Shown: in pieces, positions 9,818-22,984 of the stretch | Layout: every line of letters begins with the position of its first letter | Position numbering within the stretch: the first letter of the stretch is position 1 | Assembly (NCBI GenBank): GCA_034521515.1 | Contig: JAXHMH010000002.1 | Span: 576,444-640,443 of the forward strand | Source of the DNA: Candidatus Saccharimonadota bacterium | GTDB taxonomy: Bacteria > Patescibacteriota > Saccharimonadia > Saccharimonadales > JAXHMH01 | DNA length: 64,000 nucleotides | Direction of reading: 5' to 3' | Made by a program: the position numbers and the translations under genes | The notes under the pieces: generated by a model | Told to the model about the DNA's origin: nothing | Seen by the model: only the letters and a program-made list of their open reading frames with translations | Databases searched by the model: none

Positions 9818-10399
9818 GTGTCAACGCAAGAAACGTTTCATCAAAGATCTCCTTTAGTTGAAGCGTTTGTTGTGCCGAATTCAGAAAGCCATGACAGCCG
9901 AATAAAAAACTCCTTATCGGTTGAGCGGCAAGCTAAGCTGATAACTGGTTTTATCATCGACCATTATGATCCATGGCCAGTTGGTTTAGTGACGGTTGAT
10001 AGCGGCAGTAATCAGATCGCCGATGAAGTCTCAAAAGGTCTTGGTGGTATTGAAGTGTATCGCAGCCGTAAATTACCGGATAACTCATTTACGTTTGAGA
10101 AAGAAGACAAACCGTTTGGTTATCGCGATGCTGGTGATAAATTGCTCGAACTAGAACCGCAGGGCAGTGAACCTGATTTATTGCTTATCGTTGAAGATGC
10201 CGTCGTGAGCGGGAAAAACGTTCTGCAGGTCGCTCGGATCGTAAAGCAACTAACGTATAACGAATCAGAACCCGAGAGAAGCCCTGTGGTTGAAGCTATT
10301 GCAACGTGGGCGAGTAGTGCTGGCTGCCAGCGACTTCAGGCCGCGGGATTATATTGCGCGACGGTTTTAGAAGAAGAATCAGACAGATATTTCCTATAA
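9818..10399 (+). CDS. Phosphoribosyltransferase-fold protein
   Basis: It has a PRPP-binding-like acidic loop, LLLIVEDAVVSGKNV. The rest is not recognisable by eye. Confidence 0.6.
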   Translation: MSTQETFHQRSPLVEAFVVPNSESHDSRIKNSLSVERQAKLITGFIIDHYDPWPVGLVTVDSGSNQIADEVSKGLGGIEVYRSRKLPDNSFTFEKEDKPFGYRDAGDKLLELEPQGSEPDLLLIVEDAVVSGKNVLQVARIVKQLTYNESEPERSPVVEAIATWASSAGCQRLQAAGLYCATVLEEESDRYFL

Positions 10400-10472
10400 A
10401 CGTAGGTTAGTCTGCGAAAATAATACAAGAAAAGCCTGAAAAGTAGCGTCTCTTGAGGTAGACTAGGGGTAT

Positions 10473-11939
10473 ATGAATTACTTTGTGACGACTTCTATTC
10501 CTTATGTTAATGGCGAACCGCATATTGGGCACGCTCTAGAATTTATTATGGCTGATGTGCTGGCGCGGAATGCTCGCAAAGAGGGCAAGCCAGTTATTTT
10601 TAGCACGGGTACAGATGAGCACGGCGGCAAGATTGCCGATAAAGCTGCAGAAGCTGGCCTCAAGCCCGAGGAGTTTGCTGCAAACATGAGCCAGAATTTC
10701 CGTGATCTAGCCAAGGCATTGAATATTAGCAACGATCGATTTATTCGTACTACTGATAAAGGGCATGAACAGCGCGCGCAAATTATCTGGAAAGCCTTAG
10801 AAAGTGATATATACAAGCACGCTTATAGCGGTTTGTATTGCACGGGTTGTGAAGCGTTTGTTACCGAAGCTACCGCTAAGGAGAATAATAATATATGCCC
10901 AGATCATGACAAGGCATATGAAAAGATCGAAGAAGAAAATTATTTTTTTAAGCTTAGTAAGTATGCGCCACAAATCGCAGAAGCCATCAATGATAAGTCA
11001 TTTCAGATTATTCCGGCAAGTCGCAAAAATGAGATTGAATCAGTCATTAAGTCAGGTTTAGAAGACATTAGTATTAGCCGGCCTAAAGAAAAGATCGGTT
11101 GGGGCGTACCAGTGCCAAATGATAAGACACAAGTTATGTATGTCTGGTTCGAAGCGCTAATGAACTATATTACGGTGCTCGGCTATCCCGAACACGAAGA
11201 TTTTAAGGCGTACTGGCCAGCCAATGTGCAGGTTATTGGCAAGGATATATTGCGGTTTCATGCGGCAATTTGGCCGGGTATGCTGCTGGCGCTTGGTTTA
11301 CCACTACCAGAAAAATTATTTGTACATGGCTTTATCAACATAGAAGGCAAAAAAATGAGTAAGTCACTCGGCAACTACGTGACACCCAAGCAAATTTTAG
11401 ACCAATACAACACTGACGTTTTCCGCTACTTTTTCTTGCGGCACATTCCAAGTTATGACGACGGTGATTTTAGTTGGGATAGACTGCACGAAGTTTATAA
11501 TAATGAGCTCGCCAACGAGCTTGGCAATGCCGTGCAAAGGACAACCGCTATGATTAATCGTTATCAAGATGGAGTTATTGGCGATACTCCGCAGACTGAG
11601 CACGATACCGCTACATACCGTGAGGCGATTGAGCAATGCCATTTTGATAGAGCGCTTGAGGAAGTCTGGAACCAAGTTCGAGGACTAAACCAATATATCG
11701 ACGAGCAAAAGCCCTGGGTAATAGCCAAAGAGGGTGATAAAGAACATTTAAGAGAAGTATTGTCCTATCAAGCAGGTGCGCTGCTGCAGATTGCTGATTT
11801 ATTGGAGCCTTTTATGCCACAAACAAGCAGTAAAATAAAAGCAGTGTTTGAAAAAGGGGTCGTTGAGCCGATTGAAGGGACGCTGTTTCCACGCCGAGAT
11901 TCCGCACCAGAGGGCTTAGCCGAACAGAAAGGGGCTTAG
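10473..11939 (+). CDS. metG: Methionyl-tRNA synthetase (short form, 488 aa)
   Basis: The HIGH motif (PHIGHALE) and KMSKS are present, with class I MetRS-like sequence throughout. Confidence 0.95.
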   Translation: MNYFVTTSIPYVNGEPHIGHALEFIMADVLARNARKEGKPVIFSTGTDEHGGKIADKAAEAGLKPEEFAANMSQNFRDLAKALNISNDRFIRTTDKGHEQRAQIIWKALESDIYKHAYSGLYCTGCEAFVTEATAKENNNICPDHDKAYEKIEEENYFFKLSKYAPQIAEAINDKSFQIIPASRKNEIESVIKSGLEDISISRPKEKIGWGVPVPNDKTQVMYVWFEALMNYITVLGYPEHEDFKAYWPANVQVIGKDILRFHAAIWPGMLLALGLPLPEKLFVHGFINIEGKKMSKSLGNYVTPKQILDQYNTDVFRYFFLRHIPSYDDGDFSWDRLHEVYNNELANELGNAVQRTTAMINRYQDGVIGDTPQTEHDTATYREAIEQCHFDRALEEVWNQVRGLNQYIDEQKPWVIAKEGDKEHLREVLSYQAGALLQIADLLEPFMPQTSSKIKAVFEKGVVEPIEGTLFPRRDSAPEGLAEQKGA

Positions 11940-12101
11940 TCCAGGTATGTACAGTAGTTTCGCATTTGAGCGCACAGTGCATTTTCTCAGCGATAAACTG
12001 ACAGAGCTATATATTGAATACAACGACGGAGTAGCACAGCTGAAAAATGTGGTGCGAGCCAAGAGTATCTTGCAGAGCCGGGCTTTGCTTGGTTTGGAAA
12101 G

Positions 12102-12920
12102 GTGTGGTGCGTAAGTACTGTGGAGTTTATTGATACACATTGTCATATCCACTTCCCGGATTACGAGCTTGATCCGGAGGAGGTAATCACCGCTGCAAAA
12201 GCGGATGGCGTTAAGCGGTTAATTGCCGTCGGGTGTACTTTGCGGGATAGTGAGCTCGGCATAAAAATGGCTCAGCGACATGATAACATTTGGGCTAGTA
12301 TTGGCATTCATCCTCATGAAAGTGGTGAATATGTGCACGATCATCATGCACTTCAGCAATTGCGTGGGCTTGGCAAAGAACCAAAAGTCGTAGCTGTCGG
12401 AGAAACAGGGCTGGATTATCACTATATGCATTCGTCAAAAAGTGATCAGCAAAAGATGTTTCGTTATCAACTAGATATTGCCAAAGAACATAATTTGCCG
12501 TTAATTTTCCATGTGCGGGAAGCCGCAGCATCATCAGAAGATGCTGGACAGGCTTTTGATGATTTTTTTGAGATTTTAGACGACTATAAGGGTATCCGCG
12601 GAGTGGTGCACAGTTTTAGCTCCAACAGGGGCAATTTGAGCCGGATTTTAGACCACGGCCTCTACGTTGGCCTCAACGGTATTATGACTTTCACCAAAGA
12701 CCAGGAGCAGCAAGCGGCCGCAAAGGCGGTACCGCTTGAAAAATTGTTGCTTGAAACTGACGCTCCATTCTTGACCCCTGTCCCGTATCGTGGTACAATC
12801 TGCGAGCCGAAACATGTGGTGGTGACCGCTAAATTCTTAAGTGACTTGAGGGGAGAAACCCTTGAGGAATTAGCTGCGGCCACAACCCATAACGCTAAGG
12901 AGTTGTTTAAACTGGCATGA
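12102..12920 (+). CDS. tatD: TatD family metal-dependent hydrolase (start possibly GTG at 12120)
   Basis: FIDTHCH, GETGLDYH, HVREA, HSFS and ETDAPFL blocks. Confidence 0.9.
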   Translation: MWCVSTVEFIDTHCHIHFPDYELDPEEVITAAKADGVKRLIAVGCTLRDSELGIKMAQRHDNIWASIGIHPHESGEYVHDHHALQQLRGLGKEPKVVAVGETGLDYHYMHSSKSDQQKMFRYQLDIAKEHNLPLIFHVREAAASSEDAGQAFDDFFEILDDYKGIRGVVHSFSSNRGNLSRILDHGLYVGLNGIMTFTKDQEQQAAAKAVPLEKLLLETDAPFLTPVPYRGTICEPKHVVVTAKFLSDLRGETLEELAAATTHNAKELFKLA

Positions 12921-13285
12921 ATCATAATAATCCAGAACTAGAAAAAGTTTCTGCAGAACTAAGCAGCAGGTTTGCCGTGCTTAACGAGGCGGCAGATAGA
13001 ACTATTGCTGCGCTGGAACGACAGATCGGTCCAGAGCCTGATCAGTTTACTGAGCAAGTTATGGCCGTGCAGCCGGAGTATAAAACTCCAGATCTTGACG
13101 CTACTTCCTATGATCAATACGATCAAGCAGCTCTACGTCAGAGGATTGCTCTACTGAGCCAGAAAAACCCTATTACAGGAGACTCAGAAGCTAAACCATC
13201 AAACGTTATTGAGTTTCCTGGAAACAGCAAGACCGACATGTCTCAAGAAAGCAACGATCAATCTAGGCAGGGTATAGCGGCATGA
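12917..13285 (+). CDS. Hypothetical protein (122 aa), translationally coupled to tatD (ATGA overlap)
   Basis: The ORF has 4-nt overlaps with both neighbours. No recognisable motif. Confidence 0.55.
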   Translation: MNHNNPELEKVSAELSSRFAVLNEAADRTIAALERQIGPEPDQFTEQVMAVQPEYKTPDLDATSYDQYDQAALRQRIALLSQKNPITGDSEAKPSNVIEFPGNSKTDMSQESNDQSRQGIAA

Positions 13286-13650
13286 TTGTAAAGAAAATTT
13301 TCAGCAACATTATTGCCCAAAAACAAGCTCAAAGACGTGCTGAGTTACAGCAAAAACTCATCAGACACGAAGCACGTATTGGCGGTCAGTTGTTCGGGTC
13401 GGTAGCTCCGGGCGGTAGGCGAGAGTTTTTCTGTCTGGACGAGCATACTTGGGTGTGGCATGAAGAATGGATCGACAATAATGGTCAACGCCAGATAACT
13501 ACAACCAGATATGATGTACGACCAAACGGTGTCATAAAATCTCAAAACGGGCATTACCAAAGCTTAAGCCGTGAAGAAGCGATTCATCTACGTGACGCTA
13601 TTAAGCTGTATGTACGGCGGACACGAGCTGAAATTTATCAGTTCGCCTAA
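13282..13650 (+). CDS. Hypothetical protein (122 aa)
   Basis: The ORF overlaps its upstream neighbour by ATGA. No recognisable motif. Confidence 0.55.
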   Translation: MIVKKIFSNIIAQKQAQRRAELQQKLIRHEARIGGQLFGSVAPGGRREFFCLDEHTWVWHEEWIDNNGQRQITTTRYDVRPNGVIKSQNGHYQSLSREEAIHLRDAIKLYVRRTRAEIYQFA

Positions 13651-13680
13651 GTCTCGAGCTGCCTTTATACTAGACGTGGT

Positions 13681-14829
13681 ATGAATAAGTCGATTTATCT
13701 TGATTATGCCGCTGCAACACCGCTTGATCCAAGCGTTTTCAAGGCTATGCAGCCGTATTATATGCAAAAGTTTTACAATCCATCGGCACCATACTTATCA
13801 GGTAAAGCTGTGCGCGACGAGATTGAGGCAGCTCGCGGACGTATTGCTCGGTGGCTTGGTGCTCGCCCAGCTGAAATTACTTTTACCGCCAGTGGTACCG
13901 AAGCCAATAACTTAGCTATCCATGGCGTGATGCGCCAGTTTCCTGATGCGAACATGGTAGTAAGTGCGGTAGAGCACGAAGCCGTAATGGCGCCAGCGCA
14001 TCGCTACAATTGCCGTGAAGCTGTGGTTAGGCCGAGTGGCTTGGTTGACATACAACAACTTGCCAAATCAATTGATGATAAGACAGTTTTGGTAAGCATT
14101 ATGTACGCCAATAATGAAATCGGTACTATCCAGCCCTTGCGGCAGGTGGCGCAGGTTGTCGAAGAAGAAAGAGCTCGTAGATATAACCAAAAAGACGGTC
14201 TTCCAATCTATCTACATACCGATGCCTGTCAGGCTGGTAATTATCTTAACCTGCACGTGCATGGCCTCGGTGTCGATTTGTTGACGCTAAATGCTGGTAA
14301 AATTTATGGTCCAAAGCAGACCGGATTGTTGTATGCCCGGACTGGCATTCAGCTTGTGCCGTTGATTGATGGCGGCGGACAAGAGAACGGCCGTCGGAGC
14401 GGCACGGAAAGTCCAGCCAATATTGCTGGGTTTGCTGCGGCGCTTGATCTCGTTCAAGGGGACAAGCAGGCGGAAAGCAAACGTACTCTAGAGCTGCAAT
14501 CACTTTTTTTCGATTTGCTTAAGAGAAAAATACCGCAGGCGGTCATAAACGGCACTAAGAAACAACGTTTGCCCAACAACGTCCACATAACCATTCCGGG
14601 CACAGATAACGAGCGAATTATGATGGAGTTGGATCAGCGTGGTGTTATGTGTGCTGTAGGTTCGGCCTGTAGCGCCAGCAAGGAAGAGCCATCACACGTC
14701 TTAAGAGCAATCGGCTTAAGTGAGTCGCAGGCTCAAGCTTCACTCCGCTTTACTATGGGTCGTCAAACCAAGGAGAGCGATATCAAAAAAACAGTCGATA
14801 TGTTAAGCAAACTAGTTAGTCACGCTTGA
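13681..14829 (+). CDS. Cysteine desulfurase (NifS/IscS class V aminotransferase)
   Basis: SGTEANN, HTDACQA, a PLP-lysine context (NAGKIYGPK) and the active-site loop GSACSA. Confidence 0.92.
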   Translation: MNKSIYLDYAAATPLDPSVFKAMQPYYMQKFYNPSAPYLSGKAVRDEIEAARGRIARWLGARPAEITFTASGTEANNLAIHGVMRQFPDANMVVSAVEHEAVMAPAHRYNCREAVVRPSGLVDIQQLAKSIDDKTVLVSIMYANNEIGTIQPLRQVAQVVEEERARRYNQKDGLPIYLHTDACQAGNYLNLHVHGLGVDLLTLNAGKIYGPKQTGLLYARTGIQLVPLIDGGGQENGRRSGTESPANIAGFAAALDLVQGDKQAESKRTLELQSLFFDLLKRKIPQAVINGTKKQRLPNNVHITIPGTDNERIMMELDQRGVMCAVGSACSASKEEPSHVLRAIGLSESQAQASLRFTMGRQTKESDIKKTVDMLSKLVSHA

Positions 14830-14883
14830 TTCAGGCTTGCTACAGATAACAGATATGCTTATACTAAGAGCATAATTATTGAC

Positions 14884-15708
14884 ATGAAGACAAAAATAAG
14901 ACAATTTATCACGGTTCCAAAAATATTTGCTCTGGCATTACTGATTGTGTTGGTGATGCTTGGTGCTCGGGGTGCTGTACAGGCACAAGCCGTGTCACAA
15001 GGTTATAATACCGAAGAACAGCTCCAGAGCGGTCTTATTGTTAAATTCGACGACGAAGACACCTCATATGTAGAGCCTCTCTCCATAGAGTTTGCCGATC
15101 AAATGCTCGGAGTGACTGTCGGTCAAAACGATGCCCCGATTACCTTATCGGACGAGGAAAACACTATTTTTGTGGCTACAACCGGACGGTATGACGTGAT
15201 AGTTAGTAACCAGAATGGAGCGATTAATGCTGGTGATTATATTACGATTTCTTCGTTGCGTGGTATTGGTATGAAAGTTGATACCAGTGCGCCGGTTGTG
15301 GTCGGTCGCGCATTAGAAAGCTTTGACGGACAGGATTCGTTCGGAACCACGGAGGTGTCCGGAAAAACTGTAGCCCTGGGAAGAGTAGAGGTGGATATAA
15401 CGGTTGCCAGAAACCCGATATTAAAAGTAGAAGAAAACGTACCGGAGTTTTTGCGTCGCGCTGCAGAACAAATAGCCGGTAAGCGAGTTGACGCGCTTAG
15501 GGTTTATGTCGGCTTGGTTATATTTATCATTGGTACGGCAATTGCTGCGACTCTCATGTACGGGGGTGTGAAAAGCGGTATCATATCTATTGGGCGTAAC
15601 CCGTTGTCCAAAAGTTCCATTATTAGAAGTATGGTTCAGGTTATCATAGTCGGACTGATCGTTTTTATTACGAGCATATTTGCGGTATATTTACTACTAA
15701 GGTTATAA
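14884..15708 (+). CDS. Exported protein with a C-terminal two-helix hairpin resembling an ATP synthase c subunit (GRNP loop) but lacking the carboxylate
   Basis: A signal peptide is followed by a ~190-aa beta-rich domain. The C-terminus reads LVIFIIGTAIAATLMYGGVKSGIISIGRNPLSKSSIIRSMVQVIIVGLIVFITSIFAVYLLLRL. It lies directly upstream of the ATPase b-like gene. Confidence 0.7.
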   Translation: MKTKIRQFITVPKIFALALLIVLVMLGARGAVQAQAVSQGYNTEEQLQSGLIVKFDDEDTSYVEPLSIEFADQMLGVTVGQNDAPITLSDEENTIFVATTGRYDVIVSNQNGAINAGDYITISSLRGIGMKVDTSAPVVVGRALESFDGQDSFGTTEVSGKTVALGRVEVDITVARNPILKVEENVPEFLRRAAEQIAGKRVDALRVYVGLVIFIIGTAIAATLMYGGVKSGIISIGRNPLSKSSIIRSMVQVIIVGLIVFITSIFAVYLLLRL

Positions 15709-15730
15709 AGGTTCAGAAGGTGGGCAATAC

Positions 15731-16348
15731 GTGGAACTGTATCAACTTATATTAATAATCGGAAGCATTCTCGCCAGCACTCTGGCCTTCTTGTGGGTTG
15801 TGTTTAAGATAAACGGTTCTGGTAAAACCCAGCAAGGCACCGGCGTATTAACAGGCAAAGCTCAAGAAGATGTCGAGCATATATTTAACGACGAATTTCG
15901 TGAGGAGCTGCGTAATCGTGGGCGATTGCACTTTGAGAAGATTATAGGCGAAAATGCTATGTTCTTACAGCAAGACCTTAGGCTGACGACGTCTCAGCTT
16001 AATGAGTTCATGAAAACAGAAATAACCCGTAAGTTGCAGGATGAATTTGCCAAGTATGAAGAGTCAATCACTGACGCCAAACAGCTGGCAATTGACTCCA
16101 TAAATAAGACGCAAGAAGCCGTTGAACAACAACGTCAATTAATGGGGCAACAACTCCAGAAAGAACTTGCCGATGAGCGTCAGCGGTTGATTAAGCGGTT
16201 CGAGAACGATATGACGGATATAATCAACCATTATGTTTTGGCAGCAATAGGCGACCAAATTGATTTAAATGACCAATTGGAATTTATTCTATCTGATTTG
16301 GAGGCCAACAAGGACGCAATTATAAGGGATCTAAGTGGAAATGGCTGA
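15731..16348 (+). CDS. F-type ATPase subunit b-like (single N-terminal TM plus long coiled coil)
   Basis: Called from architecture and from its operon position before the delta/alpha genes. GTG start. Confidence 0.7.
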   Translation: MELYQLILIIGSILASTLAFLWVVFKINGSGKTQQGTGVLTGKAQEDVEHIFNDEFREELRNRGRLHFEKIIGENAMFLQQDLRLTTSQLNEFMKTEITRKLQDEFAKYEESITDAKQLAIDSINKTQEAVEQQRQLMGQQLQKELADERQRLIKRFENDMTDIINHYVLAAIGDQIDLNDQLEFILSDLEANKDAIIRDLSGNG

Positions 16349-16886
16349 TAAACCAAAGCAACCCACTATAAAGTTACCGCTAAGCGCAGCAACTCGTGTT
16401 GATGTGAACCGTTTGTTTCGTGAGGTAGACTCGCTCAATAATTTTATAAAGGCCAGCACGATTCGTGAGCCGGGTACGCAGCCGCAGCTTCCAAAGACAA
16501 GTAAACTGCTTGACGAACTATTGTCTACAAACAAGCTAAATGCCTTGGTTACAGATGACAGAGAGCGACTAAGTGCCTTTCTTGGAGAGCTTAAAGAACA
16601 GGCACCGTTACTGCATATTAGTTTTCAGGCTGATCCGCCGCCGCAGTTCATGCAGAAATTGATGCAATGGTTACGGCAGGAGATTCACCCGCACGTACTG
16701 GTTCAAATTGGCTTACAGCCAGGTATAGGAGCTGGTTGTGTGGTTCGAACGCAAAACAAATATTTTGATTTTAGTTTGCGAAACTACTTTGACAGTAAGC
16801 GAGAATTACTACTGACAAAACTGCACAACGCTCCAGAGGTTGAACCCGCACCGCCAAAGCAAACAGCTGACGAGGTAACTTCATGA
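16335..16886 (+). CDS. atpH: F-type ATPase subunit delta (OSCP)-like
   Basis: Called from operon position and the C-terminal [23 protein letters not shown] block, which resembles the delta C-terminal domain. Confidence 0.65.
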   Translation: MEMADKPKQPTIKLPLSAATRVDVNRLFREVDSLNNFIKASTIREPGTQPQLPKTSKLLDELLSTNKLNALVTDDRERLSAFLGELKEQAPLLHISFQADPPPQFMQKLMQWLRQEIHPHVLVQIGLQPGIGAGCVVRTQNKYFDFSLRNYFDSKRELLLTKLHNAPEVEPAPPKQTADEVTS

Positions 16887-18453
16887 ATAGCGGCAATCGA
16901 CACTTTGACAAACTTGTCGAAGCGGGTAATCCAGTAGGTGAAGTCATCTCCGTTAACAAATTTCTGCTGCGCGTAGAAGGGCTGCAGCCTTGTTCTATCA
17001 ACGCACTTGTTTTGTTTAGCGACGGTAGCAAAGGGTTTGTTCACCAGGTTCTTACCGACCATGTAGTGGTGTTACATCTTGGTGATACCGAGATGGAAAT
17101 AGGTAAAGTTGCTGTAATCCAGCACCAAGAATTGGTCTGTAAAGTCGGGAAAGATTTTATCGGACGAGTTGTCTCAATAACTGGCGAGCCGCTTGACGGT
17201 AAAGGCCCGATAGCTGTCGATGCTACACGACCGGTATTTAACACCGCGCCGGCGCTTTATCAACGTAAAGCCCTAGATACGCAGCTAGAGAGCGGCGTGA
17301 CTGCAATAGATGCGTTCTTTCCAGTAGTACGAGGTCAACGTATGGCATTGCTTGGCGATAGTAAATCGGGTAAAAGTACGCTGGTAACTCAGCTTACGAC
17401 AAACCAGAAAAATACCGACCAAGTGGTTGTATATGCCATGATTACTAAACGTCGAAGCGATGTGGACATGTTGGTTACCAGGTTGCAGGAAAGTGGCGGG
17501 TTAGAAAAAGCGATTGTGGTGGTGTCGACCATGTTCGAGTCGCTTATTACCAGCTATCTAGCGCCGTATGTGGCTTGTGCTATGGCTGAGTATTTGTGGC
17601 AAGACTTAGGCCAAGACGCCATTATTATTTATGATGACTTAACCAGTCACGCCCATGCTTACCGAGAAGTTGCATTGTTATCAGGGGTGAGTCCAGGGCG
17701 GGATTCTTACCCGGGTGACATGTTTTATGCTCACTCTAGCTTATTGGAGCGTGCTGGACGGCTTGATAGTAACGGAGCCCATCTTACCAGTATTCCGCTT
17801 GTCAACGTCTATGGCGGCGACGCAACAGCCTATTTGCCGACAAATATTATGTCTATTACCGACGGGCAGTGGATTTTAGACATGGATGTATTTAGAAGCG
17901 GAATTCGTCCGGCACTGAGCCTCGGGTTATCTGTAACTCGTGTTGGTGGCGTCGGGCATAATAAACGTCAAAAAGAGTTAGCCTCGCAAGCCTTAAAAAC
18001 TTTAGCAGGATATCGTGAGGCGGAGGAGTTTTCGCACTTTGGTTCAGAGCTGGCAGTAGAAGCAAAGCGCAGCCTAGAAACCGGTAAACGTATTTTTGAA
18101 CTGCTCACGCAAAACCCCGATGATACGTTCTCGTTCATGGCTCAACAGCTTATGCTTGACGTCGTCTTGAACTTGGAGGACGGTGAATTATTAGATATGT
18201 CGCTTCTCAAACAAAAGTCTCCTGAGTTTGCCGAAAAAGTAACAAATGATGAACAGTTTGATAGTATTAAAGATCAGTTTAAAGCTACGTGTTTGGTAGA
18301 GCTCAAAGGTGCAGAGCAATCAAAACAGCCAGCTGCTGAGCAGAAACCTCCAGACGATAGTAATCAGAACCAACAAAAGTCTGAACCGCCTCAAAAACCT
18401 AAAGCTGACAAATCAGATAAGAAGGAAGAAACCGTCGAGAAAGGAGCCAAGAA

Positions 18454-18457
<4 letters not shown>
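16883..18457 (+). CDS. atpA: F1 ATPase alpha subunit, divergent P-loop, with a K/E/P/Q-rich ~60-aa C-terminal tail
   Basis: GDSKSGKST (canonical GDRQTGKT), [16 protein letters not shown] and [16 protein letters not shown]. Confidence 0.88.
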
Positions 18458-20615
<2,158 letters not shown>

Positions 20616-20623
20616 GAAATCGC

Positions 20624-20911
20624 ATGCCAGAAGAAAACAAACAGCAAGAAAAACAGCAACCAAAACCAGGTTTTATGCACATCAAAGTCTACGCTCCGTT
20701 TAAAGTCTATTTTGATGGAGAAGCAAAAAGTATTTCTGCAGAAAACGATACCGGTCCGTTTGACGTATTACCGCAACATCATCACTTCATGACGCTGTTG
20801 AACCCTTGCGATATTATTGTAAGAACCGATCAAGGAGAAGAGAAAATAAGTATCCAGCGTGGCATTATGCACGTTAAATCCAATAATGTGGTTGTTTTTC
20901 TTGACGTTTAA
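20624..20911 (+). CDS. atpC: F1 ATPase epsilon subunit, beta-sandwich domain only (95 aa)
   Basis: IKVYAPFKVYFDGEAKSISAENDTGPFDVLPQHHHFMTLL is an epsilon N-domain pattern. No C-terminal helical hairpin is present. Confidence 0.75.
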   Translation: MPEENKQQEKQQPKPGFMHIKVYAPFKVYFDGEAKSISAENDTGPFDVLPQHHHFMTLLNPCDIIVRTDQGEEKISIQRGIMHVKSNNVVVFLDV

Positions 20912-20989
20912 CACACCGTAATCTTTTTAATTGACTAAAGACTAATAAAAAACAGGTAGGTATTGGTGGCTTGAGGAATGTTCTAAATA

Positions 20990-21986
20990 TTAGTCGATTG
21001 CTACGTAGTCGAATGCAAAATTAGCTCCTGCCGGAGGTGGGTTGGTTGTGCATATTCTGAAACTGGAACCAGACTTGGTTATATAATAATTTAAACTTGC
21101 AGCCGAAGATCCAACAGGCGTAATTACCACATGCGGAGTGCCGTTAAACGGTACAGAAAAATTGACCGTAATAAAACAACCAGCGGGCGGGCTGTTTCCG
21201 GTGTTGATATTGACGGTACCTGCGGTATCGGTGCCGCTGATAGATGCGGTACCGCCGCCGCCGAGGGCGCTGCCATTGGTCTGTGATGGTGTTGCCCCAC
21301 CTGCATCAATATGCCTATTAAGCTGGAGGTCATTGTTTAATTGCAGCGTTTCTATATTGAGTGACGCAGCGGACAGGGTGCCTCCAAATGTACCACTTCC
21401 TGTCACCGATAAATCGGACTCTACTAAAAGTTCGCCCTGGATATCTGTGTTACCGGCAATGGAAAGTTGGTTCGCTGCGAATCTGCTCAAAGCTGCTTGT
21501 TCCGGACACGGTTATACCCGGCAAACTTAAGGAGCCGCCTACGCGGATAGTGCCAGCCACATCAAGGCTATCGCGCACCAGCACGCTGCCTTTAAAGTCT
21601 GCATTGGACTCAATGTTCAGTGTATGTTGCGCATCGCCAATTGTGGTCTCGCTATCGCGAATTTGTTGAAGCTCTTCCTGGGTCAAGGGTTGCCCATCGA
21701 ATGTGGTGTCGCTATCTTCCTGTGATTGACGCTGAAAACTAACAAAAACAATGAGCCCAGAGACCACAACAACTAGTATGAAGAACAACAAGTATATATT
21801 AATGCGGCTTATTGCACCCTGGATACGCTCAGTGAGCTTTCTTTTCTTTTTTGGTTGTTGCGGCTGATCGGCTGGAGGCTGTGAAGAATTAGGGTCAGGC
21901 TGGGCGTTTTGGGTGCTTTGAGTAACCGTCCCTTGATCTTCAAGGGTGCTTAATTCGCCGTTATCGTTATCTTTATTTGAATCCAT
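20990..21986 (-). pseudogene. Membrane-anchored beta-helix-repeat surface protein split into two ORFs by a 1-nt frameshift
   Basis: ORFs 21450..21986 and 20990..21490 overlap by 41 nt. Deleting one T from the TTT run (plus-strand AAA at 21489-21491) joins ..GITVSGTSS to LSRFAANQLSIAGNTDIQ.. and continues the same repeat pattern. Confidence 0.65.
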
Positions 21987-22157
21987 ATATACTGGTCATT
22001 AACTGTTACAGGTACCATCATACCTATTTTTTCGCTAAAACGTAAGCGTTATTCTTCGTTGTAGCTTGTGAGTTGCTTGCACGTGGAGCCGTTTGATAAA
22101 AATTGCCATATATGACAGGAGTAAAAAGTTAATTGCTTATGGTATCATGGTCGTGAC

Positions 22158-22904
22158 ATGAAATGGAAAAAAACAAACAGGACATTGCTATTGAGCGTTT
22201 TGCTTATAGTCAGTGCGGCTATACCGGTCGCTGCTCAGACTCCCTCATCCAGTAATTATAGTGTTGACGAGTATTTTTTTGGAACTGGCGGTGAAGTTGA
22301 CATGAACTCTGATAACTTTAACGCACAAGGTTCGTCAGGTAGCTTAGGAGTTGGCGAGAGTTCGAGTGCCGGGTTTCGCTCAGAAGCAGGCTTTCTTAGC
22401 CAGAATGCTCCTTTCTTAGAGTTTGTTGTTCAATCAAACTCGGTTGATTTAGGAACACTTGATGTTGGCTCGACTGCAAGTGGTGATGCGAATTTTTATG
22501 TCAGAACTTATCTTTCTAGTTCGTACTCTATCATTACGTTAAGTGATCCCCCGACAAACGGCAGCGTTGAGCTGGACGGCATGGCGACAACTGATACGCC
22601 ATCGGTTGGGACTGAACAATTTGGTATCAATTTGGTCGAAAATACCACCCCTAATATTGGTGCAAATCCAACAAATGTGCCTGATGACGACTTTGCTGAC
22701 GGAGCGGCTGCTGCCGGGTACAACGTTGCAGATCAATTCCGCTACGGTAAGGGCGAGACAATTGCACAGTCTCCAGCAACGGCGGGTAATCAAGCTGTCG
22801 GGCAAACTAATTACACGATATCCTATGTTGCAAACGTTTCTTCTATAACTCCCGGTGGGGCTTATGTTATGGAGCATGAACTTGCTGCGGTACCAACCTT
22901 TTAG
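22158..22904 (+). CDS. Secreted subunit-like protein (248 aa) of the surface cluster; ends ..GGAYVMEHELAAVPTF
   Basis: It has a signal peptide (..IPVAAQ). It shares VGTEQFGINLVENTTPNIGANPT and the C-terminal motif with 25133 and 26496. Confidence 0.8.
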   Translation: MKWKKTNRTLLLSVLLIVSAAIPVAAQTPSSSNYSVDEYFFGTGGEVDMNSDNFNAQGSSGSLGVGESSSAGFRSEAGFLSQNAPFLEFVVQSNSVDLGTLDVGSTASGDANFYVRTYLSSSYSIITLSDPPTNGSVELDGMATTDTPSVGTEQFGINLVENTTPNIGANPTNVPDDDFADGAAAAGYNVADQFRYGKGETIAQSPATAGNQAVGQTNYTISYVANVSSITPGGAYVMEHELAAVPTF

Positions 22905-22984
22905 TGGTGTGTCGAATATGTTTGTGGCTGTGGTATTATTTATATAAGCAGCGTTCCTGTTATAGGTAACAGAAAGTAGTACGC

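Noticed and set aside
16331-17244. Minus-strand ORFs overlapping the ATPase delta/alpha genes (and similar ones at 19071-20086)
   Set aside because: They are antisense shadows of well-supported operon genes. They have no start context or motifs.
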